DNA of 64,000 nucleotides from assembly GCA_965112735.1 (NCBI GenBank), contig OZ218957.1, forward strand, positions 310,001 to 374,000. The letters are read 5' to 3'. Positions 60,945 through 64,000 of this stretch are shown piece by piece (position 1 is the stretch's first letter; every line of letters begins with the position of its first letter). A program made the translations under genes and the position numbers. This stretch comes from Phaeosaccion multiseriatum. Taxonomy: Eukaryota > Protista > Ochrophyta, other classes. The notes under the pieces are model-generated. The model was not told where the DNA came from. It did not search any database and saw nothing but the letters and a program-made list of their open reading frames with translations.

Positions 60945-63900
60945 TCAGGGCAGGCCGCGCCCTCCCCCCTCCTCTACGATGCCACGCCCTGCGGTACTGC
61001 TCGGTCTTGCCACACTGCCCGCCCCGCGTCTGAGCTGGTCCTTGACATCTCTGAACGAGTACATTCTGTAACGGGCCCAGAAGGGGCTCTCCCTCCACTG
61101 CGCCGCGGGGAAGCACGCGCTGCCAATCCCGTGCAGTATCCTCGCTGCCGCCCGCCTGAGCAGAGCGGGGTCCTTTAACAACCAGGCGTGCTCCGCCACG
61201 CTCGACGCTCCACTCGCCGCCCTGTGACCGGAGCCGTACGGTGTGTGGCCATCGCCATTGCCGTGATCCGCCCCTGAGAGCGCGAGGCCCCTGAAGGAGG
61301 GGTCCCCCACCAACACATTGGCATCCCTACTGAGCATGCGGCAGGCCTGCTCATCGTCCACTAAGCTCTTGTGCGGGAGACTCTCCTCTGCGAAGAGGGC
61401 GTGCTTCTCCAGCGCCGATCCGTCTCCCTCCAAGTAGGCGCGGATCATACCACTCAGGGCCTGGGCGGCGGTCTCACTCTCTCCCTCGTTGGTGTCAGGA
61501 CTGCCACCGCCGCTGCTACTGGGCGTTGGCTTCTTCTCCTCCCCCTGCCGCGGCCGCTTCTTGCCCTTGGTCCCGCCCGCATGGCTGCCACTGCCGCTGC
61601 CACCCGTGCCCACCTCTTGCTCCTCCTCCTCCTCCTCCTCCTCCTCCTCCTCCTCCTCCTTTGCGCTTCCCCCGATACCTATCTCGCCCATCTCCACGTC
61701 CCCGTCCTCAGCCCCCCCTTTGGCCTTGCGCTTGTGGGCCGCCACCGCACTGAGCGCTCTATATACCCCTTCCACCTTGCCCGCCTCGCTCGCCTCCGCC
61801 GCTTCTGTCGACACGTGCAGCGCCTCCACCAGCACCTCGAGTTGGCGTTGCTGCTGTTGGGCATCCCCCGCCCCGCCCCACTTGTTGCGCCCCCCAAGCA
61901 GGCTAACGTGGAAGGCCTTGTCGCTGAGGCGGTACTCAATGTCCCCCGCCCATTGCATCCTCTGCAGGGCCCTCACCGCGTCCGCTGCCATCCATCCCAG
62001 CGCCTCCAACAGCTGCACCAGAGAGGCCGTCCAAGAGCCGTGGCCGTAGCTGTAGCCCGCCTGTTGCTGCTGCTGCTGCCCATCGGAAGGTGATGTTCCC
62101 TCCTCCTCCCTGTGGCCCAGCACCACAAGCATAGCGATGAGAGGCTCCTTCTTGGCGAGCTTGCGAGGGGCCACCTTGCGGAAGCTCACCTACGGAGCAA
62201 GGGGAAGGCAGCAGACGGCAGACGGCAAAGTGAGCGCGTATGTGTGTGTGTGTGTCGCGGAGGACCGCGCGAGGAGCGCACAGACAGGCCTTGTCCTAAG
62301 CGATGCCCTGCCCCTTTGCTGCCTTTACCTTGAGTTTGTCGTCGACTTGTCCGTGCAAGCGGATGGCCCTGTGCGGCTCGCCCTCGAGCAGTGTGAGCAC
62401 CGTCTCCGCCACTTGCTCCTTGAGGTCGAGGCGCCGCTCCAGATCGGACACGCGTAGGGCTCGCTGCGGCAAGTGCTGAGGTAAAGGGGAGGGGGGGGGG
62501 GGGATGGCAAGCGGACGGGGCAGACATGAGGCCCCGCTACAGGGAAGAGTATCAACACCCGGCACGGCAAGGGAAATGGAAGGGTGGGGGGAGACAAGAC
62601 AACGCATGGTAATGCAAGACAAAGTAAAGTAAGTTACACCTGCTTGACACCTGCTTGACACCTGCTTGACATCTGCTTGACACCTGCTTGACACATGCCT
62701 CTCTTCGCACCGCACCTGTTCTTTCCGCCCCTCCCTCTCCTCCTCCTCCTCGTCCTCCTCCTCCTGCGCCTCTCTGCCCGTCACGAAGAGCGCTCTGAGT
62801 AGGCCTCTGATCTGCACCTTCTCCAGCCCGTTGGCGTGCGCCAGGGAGTGGTGCACCAACGCGTCTGCCTGGCTCAGAAGGAGGCGACAGAACGCCGGGG
62901 ACCCGTCCCGACCTGCGCGGCCGATCTCCTGCGCAGGAGGGGAGAGGGGCAAACATTTCGGAGCGTATGGGCAGGTAGAGAGTTAAGGAGCCGCACAGGT
63001 GTCAGAGCAGGGCAGGGCAGGGCAGGGCAGGGCAGGGCAGCGTCACCACAGAGGGAACAGTACGGAGGGAAGAAGAGGGAGGGAGGTGCTGTCTCTGCCG
63101 TTACACGCCCATACACTTACGCAAGGCGACAGTTACGGATTTACTGACTTACTGACCTGCACGTAGTTCTCGATGCTCTTGGGCATGTCCATATGAATCA
63201 CGCCCCTCACGCTGCTCATGTCCACGCCCAGCCCGAAGGCCACAGTGGCCACCACCACCCTTGCTTTGCCCCTCATGAAGCTTGCTTGCGCCTTCTGCCT
63301 GAGGCGTGCGTCCATCCCTCCGTGATAGCACACGCAGCTCACACCACGGCCCTGCAGCTGCTCCGACACCACCTGAGCCGTCACCTGTGGTGTGAAGGAT
63401 GCCACGCACGTCAAGGGGCGGGGTGCCAGCGGATGGCAGTGGATGGCAGAGGATGGGGAGGCGGGGGGGGGGGGCAGAGGAGGCACGGGGGGGAGGCGAA
63501 GGGAGGGGCGAAGGGAGGGGTGAAGGGAGGGGTGAAGGGAGGTCAGCTGGTGGTCACGGTGGATAGGGCTGTAACACACCCACGTACGCACGCGCGCACG
63601 CGCGCACGCACGCACGCACGCACGCACGCACATATCCACACACAAGGCAATTGACCCTGCCCCTCCTTGCCCTTTTCTTGCCCCTTGCAGGCCTGCAAGC
63701 ACTGCCGTGTGAGTACGAGTTTGAGTTTAGGGTATATATAGCGTACCTGTCTCCACACGTACACAATGACGGACCCCCTATCGTAGGGCCTGTTCTGAAG
63801 GAGCCGCTCCACCGCCGTCTGCTTCTCCTCCTCCCCCGCCACACGCTGCACAGAGATGCGAAGGTTGGGCCTATCCCAGGACCCCACTCGCACCCCGCCA

Positions 63901-64000
63901 CCGCCTGCTGTACCTCCAACAGCTGTACCACCAGCTGCTGTATGACCAACTGGTGCATCACAAGGGATGGGGCCTGTGGCGTGTGTAAGTTGGCGGAGCT
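60945..64000 (-). CDS. RECQL4: RecQ-family helicase, RECQL4-like (3' part; 5' end beyond window)
   Basis: DRPNLRISV, SVIVYV, YHGGMD, VVVATVAFGLGVD, VIHMDMPKSIENYVQ|EIGRAGRDG; C-terminal ARILHGIGSACFPAAQW...FWARYRMYSF resembles RECQL4. Confidence 0.85.

Overview
Eukaryotic, GC-rich, intron-rich nuclear DNA, most likely from a photosynthetic stramenopile (ochrophyte): several genes have signal peptide + ASAF-type plastid-targeting N-termini, and introns are full of microsatellites. Host genes in order: FYVE-lipase3-FYVE, intronless ankyrin-like gene A, membrane-anchored CS-domain protein, UAS-UBX protein, plastid type-I DnaJ, plastid monothiol glutaredoxin, EEF1AKMT4-like methyltransferase, plastid GNAT, WDHD1/CTF4, a BAH + STAT-type SH2-like protein, ankyrin-like gene B, ALG3 and the 3' part of a RECQL4-like helicase. 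The standout is an apparently intact 8,361-bp DNA transposon (39057-47417) with perfect 31-bp TIRs (TCGACCCCTGAC...) and a 6-bp TSD (AAATCA). It encodes (i) a 3-exon, up to ~1650-aa P-element/THAP9-like DDE transposase carrying a Cys cluster, an NHL beta-propeller inside the insertion domain and C-terminal BAH-like + PHD modules, and (ii) a divergently oriented zinc-finger + Ulp1/SENP (C48) protease. Four MITEs from two families in the same window have related TCG(A/G)CCCC...CGA ends and each has its own 6-bp TSD, pointing to an atypical, recently active P-like transposon group. All domain calls are by eye from motifs; no database search was run.
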